Source: Paraspadella gotoi
Taxonomy: Eukaryota; Animalia; Chaetognatha
Direction: 5' to 3'
Length of the DNA: 60,332 nt
Assembly (NCBI GenBank): GCA_051294375.1
Contig: CM119267.1
Span: 23,398,284-23,458,615, forward strand
In this document: positions 23,890 through 36,173 of the stretch, in pieces
Numbering within the stretch: the stretch's first letter is position 1
Layout: each line of letters begins with the position of its first letter
Notes under the pieces: model-generated
What the model saw: only the letters and a program-made list of their open reading frames with translations
Told to the model about the DNA's origin: nothing
Database searches by the model: none
Translations under genes and position numbers: made by a program

Positions 23890-25970
23890 TCGGATCTGCC
23901 TACGATAATTAAGTGGTAATAAGCTAATCTTTATGATCTTAATGGATCATAACATATCGTAACATAAATAATAAATGAATAAACGAGACTGTGAGAGAGT
24001 CTTGATTGAAAGCTTGCTGGGACCTGTGATATCATTATCTTGAAAGAGTGATGGAGGCCTTAAACCACCATGTCCAAAGTCAGGGGCAAAAAATAGCATT
24101 ATTATACCAATTTCATAACAAACCATAACAGACTTCTTCATAAAAAAAAAAATCAATAAATCTATTGATCTGATCAATCAGTTACCAGTAGGCTTGCGCG
24201 CATAAAACTCACTTGCAGAATTTGGTCGACTTGCATAATTTGGTAATTTAGCATAATTTGATTTGACTCACATAATTAAGTCAACTTGCATTATTTTGTC
24301 TGTAGAAAATGTTTATTATTTTCTATGCCACGAGGGTCGCGCGTTCGATTTGTCGGCCGTAGGTTAAACTGGCTTTAACATGGAGCAAGGTTTTCTAAAT
24401 CTCGTATGACGTAAATGTCGAATAAATGACGAATAAATCGTGAATAAGTTTATTTATTGTAGAGGTAAATAAATGGTTCCATACAGCCGATCTTTTCCAG
24501 AGAAACGATTATGATCGAATAACAAGTGACGAGGTTTTCGTCTAAAAGAAAGTTACAAGAAAGCGACTAGAACGGTGAAAAGACTTGTCTGAAAAGGTCA
24601 ACTAAATGATCAGGGAAAAATTACCAGACGCAAGGTCACAAAATCTTTCATGATCAATTGGCAAAATTTGGTCAACTGACATAATTTGGTCAGCTGGCAT
24701 AATTTGGTCAACAGGCATAATTTAATAAACTGACATAATTTGGTCAACTGGCATAATTTAGTCAATCTATTAATCAATCAGAGAGAGATAGAGAGAGAGA
24801 AACTTTTAAAAATTCAAATAAATGTGTTGTTGGTAACGTGACTTGTGGCCCTCAAAAGATGACGGATAGAGAGCTGGATTATGCATAATCTGTCTAATTA
24901 GTTTTTGAAGTTACCTGAAATAATTGTAGATTTGCCCCAGTTGTAAAATGTAATTTAAACCATGAGAAAATATTGCTTCTTACTCCCTTGAGATCTAAAC
25001 ATGGAATGCACTTAATTCTCTGCCTCCTTCCCGTCTCTCTTCCTTTGTTTATCTAATTCACTAAATGTTTACAAAATAGGAGCCGAGCTCTGAGAATCTA
25101 CAAAATATTAAACTTTGAAACTAAGAAAATTTAGAGAGACAAAATTTGAATGAAAGTTAATTACTGAATTTGAGGCTAATTAAAATATTACTAACAGTGT
25201 ATTTTGGTTTTCTAATTTAAACTTTTTGCCACTCCTGCGATATATAAGTAAAAAACTAAGTAAAAGTTACTTTTGTTTTTTACATTTAAACTAATTTCCA
25301 CTTGCACGATTTCATCAAAACTTTATATCCTGCTTTAACACACACTTTCCTACCCACACACAAAATTTTATCTCAATCTATCCATCCAATTATGATTAGT
25401 TAGAGTAAATATGGGTTCTAATTAGTAAAAAGATTTAAGTAAATGTGACTTATGTTTTTTGTATTTAAACTCATTTCCACTCGCACGATTCCATCAAAAC
25501 TTTATATTCAGCTCAATCACACACTTTTATAACCACACACAAAATTTCATTCAAATCCATCCATCCAATCACGAGTAATTGGAGTTTAATGAAAAGGTGG
25601 GATGGAACTTCTGACGGACGGACGGATGGACTGACACGTTTTTTTGCATAATTTATCGGGAGACATTTTTAAATGTTTTCTACAATGACTATTATTGGTA
25701 GCAAAGCATACAATTGTTAACGCTGAAGATGGCTTGTATGCCAAGTCGAAACACAACGTTTTCTCCAATAAAGTCGTTGTAAGACAAATTTAAAACGTCC
25801 TCCCAATACTCAACCACAACGAAATAAAAGGAAATTCATGATGCATAATTCGATGTTCTGACATGATTTAAGTGAGTGCTCGACAAGATTAAAGGGAGGA
25901 CCGATGGACCGACAGACCGACAAAGTGGATTATAGAGTCGAGATCTGCTAATAAGCAGATCCGACTAAAA
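23890..25970 (-). mobile_element. HINE-like family A copy with intact 5' hairpin, carrying a solo BEL LTR
   Basis: Minus-strand 5' end TTTTTAGTCGGATCTGCTTATTAGCAGATCTCGACTCTATAATCCAC; its GTCGGATCTGC is complementary to the 3' GCAGATCCGA at 23890-23899. 18-bp central repeats ATAATTTGGTCAACTGGC at 24655-24765. Confidence 0.65.
24301..24650 (-). mobile_element. Solo LTR of the BEL/Pao family
   Basis: Reverse complement of 14149-14568 (with an internal deletion); termini TGTAGAAAA...AAATCTTTCA; flanks TTGTC/TGATC match only 3/5. Confidence 0.75.
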
Positions 25971-26435
25971 AAGTTTTAAAATGAGTTTTAAAATGAAAGA
26001 CGATTTTTAAGGCAACTTTTCTACGCTCATTGCCAAGTCAAATCATAACCAATCAATATAAAATTTGGATATATAAATGATTTTGCTTATTAATACAGAA
26101 AAAACTTTTAGATTAAAAAAATCTTTGCAGGTTTGCAAATGACAATTTTTTTCTAGCGGCGGGTTGTCGTATTTTATGTATTATACTTTTTAAATAATCC
26201 TGTATAATACTGTATTAATGAAAAAACGAAAACTCTAAGACAAGTATTGAACCAAATAGAATAAAACTTAATACAACTACTACAATAGACAGTTTTTTTG
26301 CTTGATAGGCATAGTAGGCGGGGAGTGTTTGAAAAAGTTTGAAATTATTGGCAACAACAAATTTGTTTCATTAATTAAACAAATTCGTTGTTGCCAATAA
26401 TTTAAAACTTTTTCTCTAAATCACAAATACAACGA

Positions 26436-29020
26436 AACAAGTTTGAGCAAACAATGTCGGATCTGCCTACGATAATTAATTAAATAATTAATTATATTTT
26501 ATTTTATATCTCTTTCTCTCTCTCTCTCTCTCTTTTTTATACAATTGCGACAATTACTTTTAAGATTTTTTTAACTTGCATCATTTTTTCAACTTGCATA
26601 ATTTTTTCATTTTGCATCATTTGTTCAGTTTGCATCATTTTTTCAATTTGAATCATTTTTTCAACTTGCATCATTCTTTCAACTTGCATTATTTTTTCAA
26701 CTTGCATCATTTTTTCAACTTGCATAATTTTTTTAAATTGCATCATTTTTTCACATTAATTAATTAATTAAAACATTTATTAGTAATCATTAATAATAAA
26801 GATTCAAGTAACTGTGACTTATGTTTTTTCCATTTAAACTCATTTCCACTTGCACAATTCCGTCAAAACTTTATATCTAGCTTCTTCACTCACTTTCCTA
26901 CCGGCTCACAAAATTTCATCTCAATCTATCATGGGTTAAAATAAATAAAAAGATTCAAGTAAATGTTTTAAATATTTTTTCATTTAAACTCATTTCCACT
27001 CGTACGTTTCCAAACCGGAAACTTTATATCAGAGCTTCGTCACAATTTTCTAACCCCACACACAAAATTTCATTCCAATTTACACACAGAGTTTGAGCTT
27101 TTGTAAAGGTCGGGACGGATGGACGGATTAATTGACTGATTAATTAATTATTGATTAATTGACTAATTTATTAATTAACTGATTAATTATTTGATTTTTT
27201 AATACATCCTGCATATACATTTTAATATAAAAGGAAAAAAAGAAGCATAATCAATTCTTTTGTTTTTCCAGTTTAAACTCATTTCCACTCAAACGATTCC
27301 AATCGAAACTTGTTTTTCCTGTTCAAATCACACCACTTTTCCCCTCACCACATCACAAAATATCTAGGTGCAATTGTCCCCATCCACTCGGTAGAATTTA
27401 ATTAGGCAATTAGTATTAAATTTGATTGAAATGTTTGTTTTAGGTATTTTTTCGTCATAACCATGACAAAAGCATATGACGACGATGGAATAATGCCGAA
27501 TGAATTGACTTGATTGATTGATTGAATAATCAAATAATAGATAAATGAATTGATTGATTAAATAATTAATTAATAGATAATAAATGATTGATTGAATAAT
27601 TAATTGATTGATAACATTTACTGAATTTAACTTAATTATTGATTAATTAACTGATTTTTCTCTCTTGTTAATTAGTATGTAGTATTCTCTTCCCTTTACC
27701 CAGTGTGATTTCATCTGGGAAAAAAAGCGGACGTCCTTGCAGAAGGCTTGCAGGGCTCTTTCTTTTTCTCTTCTTTTCTCCTGCTGCTTCTTGCTGCTCG
27801 CTTTTGATTTCTTTCTTTTTTTCTGCTGTCTCTTGCTGCTTGCGCTGCCTGATATCGTCTGAAAACGATCTTCCTCTCTCTCGTCTCTCTCTCATCTCAG
27901 CTTCCTTTCTCCTCATCTCGTGCTGCGTGGGGCTTTCTCTCTGCGTTTTTGTTAAAGAAAAAGAGTTGAGATTAGGATTGAACTGCGTCAAAATTATGCA
28001 TCGCATTCGTGCATGTTATTCATTTTGCTATTGCGAGCAGTCAAGTTTGTAGATTTTATGCTTTTAAGAGTGTTTTTTGATTAATTGGTTAATTATATGG
28101 AGTTAAATTAATTTAATTATTAATTAACTTAATGTTATTATTTGATTTATTTAATACATCCTTCCATTTGACATGGTGTGTGTAGAAAGAAAAGAATCGA
28201 TAATTAGTGAAACGGGTTCTTTGTGGTTGTGTTTGTTTTCCGATTTAAACTCATTTCCACTCTCACACGATTCCATCGAAAACATTTGATTCCAGCTCAA
28301 TCAACGAAATGATTAACCAGCTTTCTTAACCGCAAATACAAATTCAAGTCAATCGCGACCATTCGCCACCCACTCTTTGGAGTACTGTTGGTTCTCATAA
28401 GTGAACCATTAATTTTTTTTATTTTTATTTTATTTCGATTTAAAATGACAAACGTCAACATTTCCCATCTCGCAGACGATTCCATCGGAAATTCAATAAT
28501 ACAGCTCATTCACACACTTCGCCTACCGACACAATCAAAAATTTTCATTCCAACATCCATCCAAGTCACCGATTAATTAGTGTTTTTTGCCTAGGTGGGA
28601 CGGACGACGGACGGGACGGACGATGCGGACGAGACGGACGGACGGACGGACGTGGGACAGGGCGCTCGGGTACGGACGGACGGACGGAACGGGACGGACC
28701 GTTGCGTTGTTAGGACGGACGGGACGGAAAGCGGATGGTTGGAGTTGGTGGACGGAGCGGACGGACGGACGGAGGGACGGACGGACGGACGGACGGGACG
28801 GAACAAAGACGGAGGACGGGACTATCGTTTTTTTTTTTTGGCATAATTATTCAATCTCATATTCGATGATCTGACAATGATATAAGTGACATGGCCCCGA
28901 CAATTAATTGGAGGGGGGGCTGGGGGGATAAACCGAACGGAACGGACCATGAAAACCTCCGCGCGGGCTCGAACCTGAGACAAAGTGAGTTTATAGAGTC
29001 GGGAACTGCTGATTAGCAGA
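26436..29020 (-). mobile_element. HINE-like family A copy (error-rich) with 18-bp array and (GACG)n tract
   Basis: 3' end AACAAGTTTGAGCAAACAATGTCGGATCTGCC at 26436; TTTTTTCAACTTGCATCA x ~10 at 26570-26750; (GGAC)n at 28597-28820; 5' motif at 28980-29020. Confidence 0.55.
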
Positions 29021-32000
29021 AAAAAGGAAACATAATTTCTATTTTAAAAATCCGGTTTTAAGTTTCAGGCGTGATACGATAACTGGCAAATTCCTGGAGC
29101 TAAATGCCAAAACTGGGGACAAAGTTTCCGGCCACTTCTCTTCTTTCACGCGAAGGAAGCGAAACGGTGGTGCCAATTCCGTTTGAAAGAATGGGTCGCG
29201 CGGATACGTTGGTTATGCGCGCCGTTCCCTGATCATAAATTTAGGATAACGGATTAGTAAAAAAAAGGGCTTCATATAAACAAAATTTATTATTATTATT
29301 ATCACACACACACACAATATTATTAGTAATATTGGCAGATAGTGATAACGTGTTTTTTTGCGAATTATGCTTTTTTCAAAAAGTCCATGACGAGGTCCGT
29401 AAGAGGTAAGTATAATTCTGAAGAGGTCGCTTGGACAGTCTCGCCAAAAGAGCATCGCGACCGAACATCAATTTCAATATTATTAACACTAGTTATCAAT
29501 TTTTGCTGATTGAAACATATAGTTATTCTATTTATATTTAAGATGTAAATAGACGTTTTTTTGTAATACGTTTAAAAGATATATCATGTTATTTAGGAGG
29601 TAAAAACTGATTTAGATTTTTAATCTCTGGAGCGTTTCATTCGAATCAAACTGACTTCTTTTGGCAAAAATGTGTTAACAATAAGTCTGTTCTTGCCTTT
29701 AATTGTCTCATTCAACGATGTCCTGATCGCTTATCTAACTCTTTGTAAATTAATAAAGTCAGATTGGTTTTTCTGTACCGCGATATCGCTTGCAATACAT
29801 CTTGTTTTTGGTGTGCTGGAGATATTGGGGCAGATTAGAAATTCAAAAGTCATCATTTATTTAACAAGGGTATAATATACAGTAGACAGAATATTAGAGA
29901 AAGTAAATAGAACTAAAGTTTGGATCTACTCTTTCACCAGACACGTAGCCGGATCGCCCATCGCAACGTCAATCTCGGCGTGGATTCGATTTATTGCTCT
30001 CCACTCTTTTATTTCTTTTTAAGTTTATGGGTGCACGCGAAGTAGAAGAGAGAGAGAGAAGAGTGAGAGGGAGAAAAGAGAGAAGAAGGAAAGACGTCAG
30101 GGGAGGCGGAAGGCTGGAACGTCACCCGACTCCCGCCTGGCGACCGAAGACGGGCAAGTGTTTTAGATTGGCAGCAACGAGTACTAGGCGCATCCCGTCG
30201 ACTCGTTACGGTAGAGGGCGTCCAATGTGATAGGGTGAGGATTTTATTCGGGCCAACTGCAAAGCGCGACCGACTTCCGACTACTGCGATGGAGCCTCGG
30301 CTTGCTTTCCATTTATAATATCCCTGAGGATGTGGTTTGTGTGTTGTGTCCCCTGTTGGTGCGAAGTTTTTAGAGAGCTGTTTGTAAAATTTGGCAAAAA
30401 ATCTTTGTAGGAAAAGCGCCAGCGGAGGCGAAGGCATTGTCGGCTTTAATACGATCGACGAGGACGTAACCAAATTCGAGTGATAAGGCGTCGTGACGGC
30501 CTGTAATTTTGCTGCTGCCATCATGCGTTAAATCGTCGGTCTTGGACTTTGAGGCGAGTTTAACTTTAACTCTTGTGATATCATTTCCGGCACTTAAGAC
30601 CGCGAGCATGGTCGCCTTTTTGTTTCCCCTAATTGGCGACAGGCTAAAAATGCAAATTTTACCTCCGATGTTATCTTGAATTATTGTCATCGTGATATCT
30701 TAATCGCGAAGCTTCATCACAGCCCATGAACCATATTATTTGAAGAAACGACCATAAAATGACTCGAGGAATTTGCGCGGTATATTCGTTGTGAGATACC
30801 CATGGGAGAGATTTCGCCTATATGCCCAGACAGTTAAACGCCTGGAAAATATAAAATGTCCCACTGACTTGATGGTTTGTAATTTCTTTTCCATGTTTCT
30901 AGCCTGATTTGTTCCTCTCGAAAACCTTGGGCCTAAATTTTACATGAGGATAGAAGACCTTTGTTTCTGGCCGTCTTCTCAATTTTTTTTTCCTGCGCGC
31001 AACAAGGCAGATGGTCTGAAGGGCAGGCGCCAATATTTCGGGAGACTTGAAAGTAATTTAATTAAATTTTTTTCAGGTCAATGCAGAATTTTTTAAATGA
31101 CTGTAATGTGTATAATGATATGTATGGCATTAGTGGGGATTAAATTTTTGAAGCAATTTGTTTTTTGAATTTTAAATATTCCATTCTCCCCAGGGCTGCC
31201 ATATAGGCGCTGCGGTCTGGCCGCACAGCGGTCTCAAATACTTCGGCCAGATGCTTGTTCCATAAAGAAAACTGCCAACTCCGCGGTTGCGGCGGGGTGA
31301 TGTACAGAGCTTCGTATATTTTGTGAGGAGCCTTCTCCTTCACTAGTCCAGCGGAGGTCCCAAGGACGAATTTGACGGTCGTTCGGTTATGCTAGATGAG
31401 ACTGGAGGGGTGTGCTACGTGGAGTTCAATGTAAGCTTCATGCAGCGCAAAGGTGAAATTAGAATTTGACAAATTTTTTTTTTTTATTTCAGACAGAGTT
31501 TGAAGTTTAAAGAGAATAGGAGGAGAGAGAGAGCAAAGTTTCCACAAAGAAAATTGGTTTAATATGTACAGTTGGTATGTATGCTCTGGAGAATCAGGTT
31601 AAGGCTGAGGACAAGTGAGTGGAAGGAGAGGGTGAAAGAGAAATGAAATTTGGTTAAGATTGCCAAAGTACAGTAAAGATATTTAGGGTAATGTAGGAAA
31701 AATTAATTTGAAAATAGTAACTGGTATACATTTTAGGCAATGTTAAGGAAACATTAACCATTAAATAGTATCTATGAAAATAACAATTAACTAAATTAAA
31801 TTTTTTGATTATACAGGCAGAATTGGAAAATGAAATATGAAAAGATAGATAGAGAATAGGTAGAGAAAGGTGGCATTCATGGGGTCATCTGGATTTTAGT
31901 TGCCGAGGTTGTCAGATGATGTCATGTTGGGTAAGGCTAGAGATCCTTGCGGGATAAATTCCGGGGCCACTCTAATATCCATCTGCCTGTTATGCCTGCC

Positions 32001-33857
32001 GGCTGCCCTCCCCATGTTGCCTTACGGCCAGGTGGGTCCAAGTTTGTTTCTTGGTGCTTATAGCATTGGGAATAAAAAACAAACTATTCTCNNNNNNNNN
32101 NNNNNNNNNNNNNNNNACAAAGTGAGTTATAGAGTCGGGAACTGCTGATAAGCAGAAAAAAAAGGAAAATAACATAATTTCTATTTTAAAATCGTTTAAT
32201 NNNNNNNNNNNNNNNNNNNNNNNNNNNNNNNNNNNNNNNNNNNNNNNNNNNNNNNNNNNNNNNNNNNNNNNNNNNNNNNNNNNNNNNNNNNNNNNNNNNN
32301 NNNNNNNNNNNNNNNNNNNNNNNNAAGTTTCCCCTTCTCCTTTTCACCGAAGAAGCGAACGGTGGTGCACAATCCGTTGAAAGAATGGGTCGCGCGGATA
32401 CGTTGGTTATCGCCGCCGTTCCCTGATCATAAATTAGGATAACGGATAGTAAAAAAAGCTCATATAAACAAAAATTTATTATTATTATTATCAATATTAT
32501 TATTATTATCAATATTATTAGTATATTGGCAGATAGTGATAACGTGTTTTTGCAATTATCGCTTTTTCAAAAGTCATGACGAGGTCGTAAGAGGTAAGTA
32601 AAATTCTGAAGAGGTCGTTGACCCAAAAAGAGCATCGCGACAACATCAATTTCAATATTATTAACACTAGTTATCAATTTTTGCTGATGAAACATATATT
32701 ATTCTATTTATATTTAAAAGATGTAAATATGACGTTTTTTTGTAATACGTTTAAAGATATATCATGTTATTGTTAGGAGGTTAAAACTGATTAGATTTTA
32801 TCTGGACGTTTCATGAATCAAAATGATCTTTTGGCAAAAATGTGTAAATAATGATTGTTATTCTCATTACACTATGATCCATGATCACTTATCTAACCCT
32901 TTGTAAATAAAATAGTCTGACTTGGTTTTTTGTACCATATCTTGGCAAATTTTTGGTGTTGAGAATAAATGGCAGATTTAGAAATTTCAAAAGCAATCAA
33001 TTCATTTACAAGGGTATATATACATAGACAGAAAATATTAGAGAAAAGTAATAGACCTAAAGTTGATCTCTTTCAACTACCATCGGCGCCATCAACCGTA
33101 CCTCATCCTCGCGTGTTCGATTTATTGCTCCCCCCATCTTTTATTTGCTTTTTAGTTTATGGTGCACTGTGAAGAGAGAGAGAGAGGAGAGAGAAGGGGA
33201 AAAAGAAGAAGGGGAAGACGTCAGGGAGGCGGAGGCTGACGTCACCCCCGCCCTGGCAGACGAGACGGGCAAGTTTTAGATTGGCCACGAGTCTAGCGCC
33301 CGTCGCTTCGTTCCGATAGAGGGCGTCCATGTGATGGCCGACGGCTTTGGGCAAACTGCAAAGCGCGCCACGACTCCGCGGCTACTGCATGATCCCAATT
33401 CGAGGGGCCCCGATTCACCATCCAATTCCAGTCTCCGAAGATCTTCCAGATGAACGAGAGGGTTATCTCTCCCAGCTGCCATATTGAAGCGGCTGGCGTC
33501 TGTCCTACGAACTTCCGCGTGCCTGTCCATAAAACTCCCAACCTCCGTCCGGAAGTGTGTAGAGCTTCGTATTTTGTGAAGGCCTCTCCTCCACTGTCCA
33601 CAAAGCGAGTCCCCTTGCTGGTAGACTGGAGGGTTGTGGCACGGAGTTTAAAAAAAGGAATCAATCACGTGATGGTAAGCCGTGTGCCAAATTTCTCAAG
33701 TTTTTGAATATCTCAAAACATCTTACACCACAATTTGTGGAGGCTTAAAAAAATAGGTTTCCACCAATCGTCATTTAAATTGCTTCAACACCCTTAGCGA
33801 TACCGGCTCTTGAAGGATTTTTGGCACACCTTGAACATCATAATTCCATTGTTTTTA

Positions 33858-36173
33858 CACGGTAGGGCAAAGAGTTGCCATCTCTGGAAAACCTATAAAT
33901 TCTTAAAGTATACGACATGAGACACCTTAATGTGGTAGGTCAGTAAAATCGATAAATGCAGGTTTTTTTTTAAATGCTCATTAAAGTTTTTTAAATATTT
34001 TATAAATTTTTAATAGTAGTTTAATGAATATGCTTAGAATTTTCAATGTTTATATGTCTATCAATTATCTACAAAGCGTAAGCTTTAATTTGAAACCACT
34101 CCCATCTTTCTATTACTTTTCGCTATTGAAAATATAAGTAAAAATTAAATATGATTTTTTTAAAAGAGATAATCAATTAGTACCATTAAACAAATGTATT
34201 TCTAAAAATAAAAAATACAAAATATGTTCTTAAAATACAGTTCTACTTAATAAGGCTTTAAAATAAGTTTTTTAAATTTTTTTATAAAAATTTTTAAAGT
34301 AGTTTAGTGAATATGCTTACAATTTAAATGTCTATATGTCTATCATTATCTACAAAGCATAAGCTTTAATTTGAAAACTACTCCCAACATTTCTATTACT
34401 TTTTACGCTATTGAAATATAGCTGATAAAAATTTAAATATATTTTTTTTTAAAAGATTAATCAATTTAGTACCATTGAACAATTTTATTTAAAAAAATAT
34501 TATCAAATATTTCTTTTAAAAAATACAGTTCTACTTATTAGGCTTCAAAATAAGTTTTTTTTTAATTAATAATAATTTTAATATAAAAAATTTTTAAAAA
34601 TGAAAAAAATATTTTGAAAAATCATTAATATATATCTCTAATTAAATATTAAAAGTTTAAAGCATTCCTGTTTGTTTAATATTTTTTACACATTTGTCTA
34701 TTAATAATATATATCAAATATTCGAGCTGAGGTTATTATTATACCCATATACATTTTATGAATAAAATTTTTTTTTGAGAAGTAAATAATTATATAATTA
34801 TAGGACAAGCTCTGACGAAAAAAGTCCAGAGTTTTTTAATATATTCCTTTGACCGGCCAATGTAGAATGATGGCCAATATTCGTATTTTTAAGTTTCAAA
34901 AAAATCCGACCAATAAATATAGATAATATTAACCAAAATCTTTGGGAAAATCTCCACCCCTTCTTTGGAAGAATTTCGCCAATACTACAGATTTTTTTTT
35001 CCGAATCTGACTCCCGGTTGAAAACTCTTAAATTCCGATCGTTAGCTCCTCTTTTACTTTTACTTTAAATAAAAATTTCAGCAAAATGAGACTAATTCAC
35101 TTTAACATGAAATCGTATCATCATTAATATAAATAACCAAATGAATGCTAAAACGAAAAAATTTGAAAGAGCCCTTCAGACATATTGGCTATCGCGAATT
35201 CCTGAATTCGAAGTTTATTGTAAAATGACAACATACCCTTCTAAATGCATCTGACATGCTATTGCAAGTTGAGAAATCCCTTTATTTTATATATACTAAA
35301 TTGCGTCAAAAATATTTTCCCGAGCGGACACTCCATTTGAAACGAATGGTTCGATGTCAAAATGATGGTTATTTGTCAAGAGAAAAATGCGAGCCCTTCA
35401 GATGCAACAGGATCCGGAATCGACGTGTTTTTCTACATCTATTTTTTACCCGAATTTTTCCCCAGGGGCGTTGACATATTTTGGTAGTCAGATTTTAACG
35501 AAAATCTTCCAATTGAAAAGCTCTTCCTCGATTTCTAAGAACTAGACGTAGACTCCTAATATTACTCTTTTAAAGCTTGGAATGATTTTTGAAATTAAAG
35601 TGCTCAACTAATATTTATCTGTTATTTTATTTGAGATTAAGTTTTAATTAAATATCACATATTTTCTTAAAAAAAATTAAATTATCTGTATTATTTATTT
35701 TTTATGAATAAATTTCTATAAATTTTTTTAAAAAATTGTTTTTAGGGCTTAATAAGTAGAACTGCATTTTGAGAACCTATTTGTACTTTTATTTTTAAAG
35801 AAACTAATCCGTTTGAACGAATCGATGATTATTATATTTTTTTTCAAAAATTATGATTTATTACTATATATTCAATAACAAAAAATCGTAAAAAGTTGGG
35901 AAGAGTCTCAAATTAAAAGCTTATGCTCTGTAGATAATGATAGATGTATAGACATTAAAATTGTAAGCATTTTCACTAAACTATTTAAAAAATTTTCTAA
36001 AAAAATTTTCAAAAACTTATTAATGAGCATTTAAAAAAAAAACCTCGCCTCTTATCGAATTTTACTGACTACCTACCACATTAAGTGTCTCATGGGTATA
36101 CTTTAGATTTTATAGGTTTCAGGAGATGGGCACTTTTTTGTTTTCTTTCACATCCTCTCTGCCCTACAACGTG
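33858..36173. mobile_element. Foldback/MITE-type DNA element with long imperfect TIRs (Tc1/mariner-like terminus), with a nested repeat
   Basis: TA|CACGGTAGGGCAAAGAG at 33858 versus CTCTGCCCTACAACGTG ending 36173. Inverted similarity extends several hundred bp (CATGAGACAC..TTAATGTGGTAGGT / ACCTACCACATTAAGTGTCTCATG). The repeat at 34801-35558 sits in the middle. Confidence 0.65.
34801..35558 (+). mobile_element. Second copy of the TAGGA...TCCTA dispersed repeat
   Basis: Colinear with 17061-17740. Confidence 0.6.

Larger units (their letters stand above)
397..32324. other. Assembly gaps (N runs)
   Basis: 397-406, 11293-11317, 15459-15965, 16192-16497, 23865-23889, 32092-32116, 32201-32324. 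Confidence 0.98.

Noticed and set aside
26537-26767. MMQVEK hexapeptide-repeat ORF
   Set aside because: Translation of an 18-bp array inside a HINE-like element.
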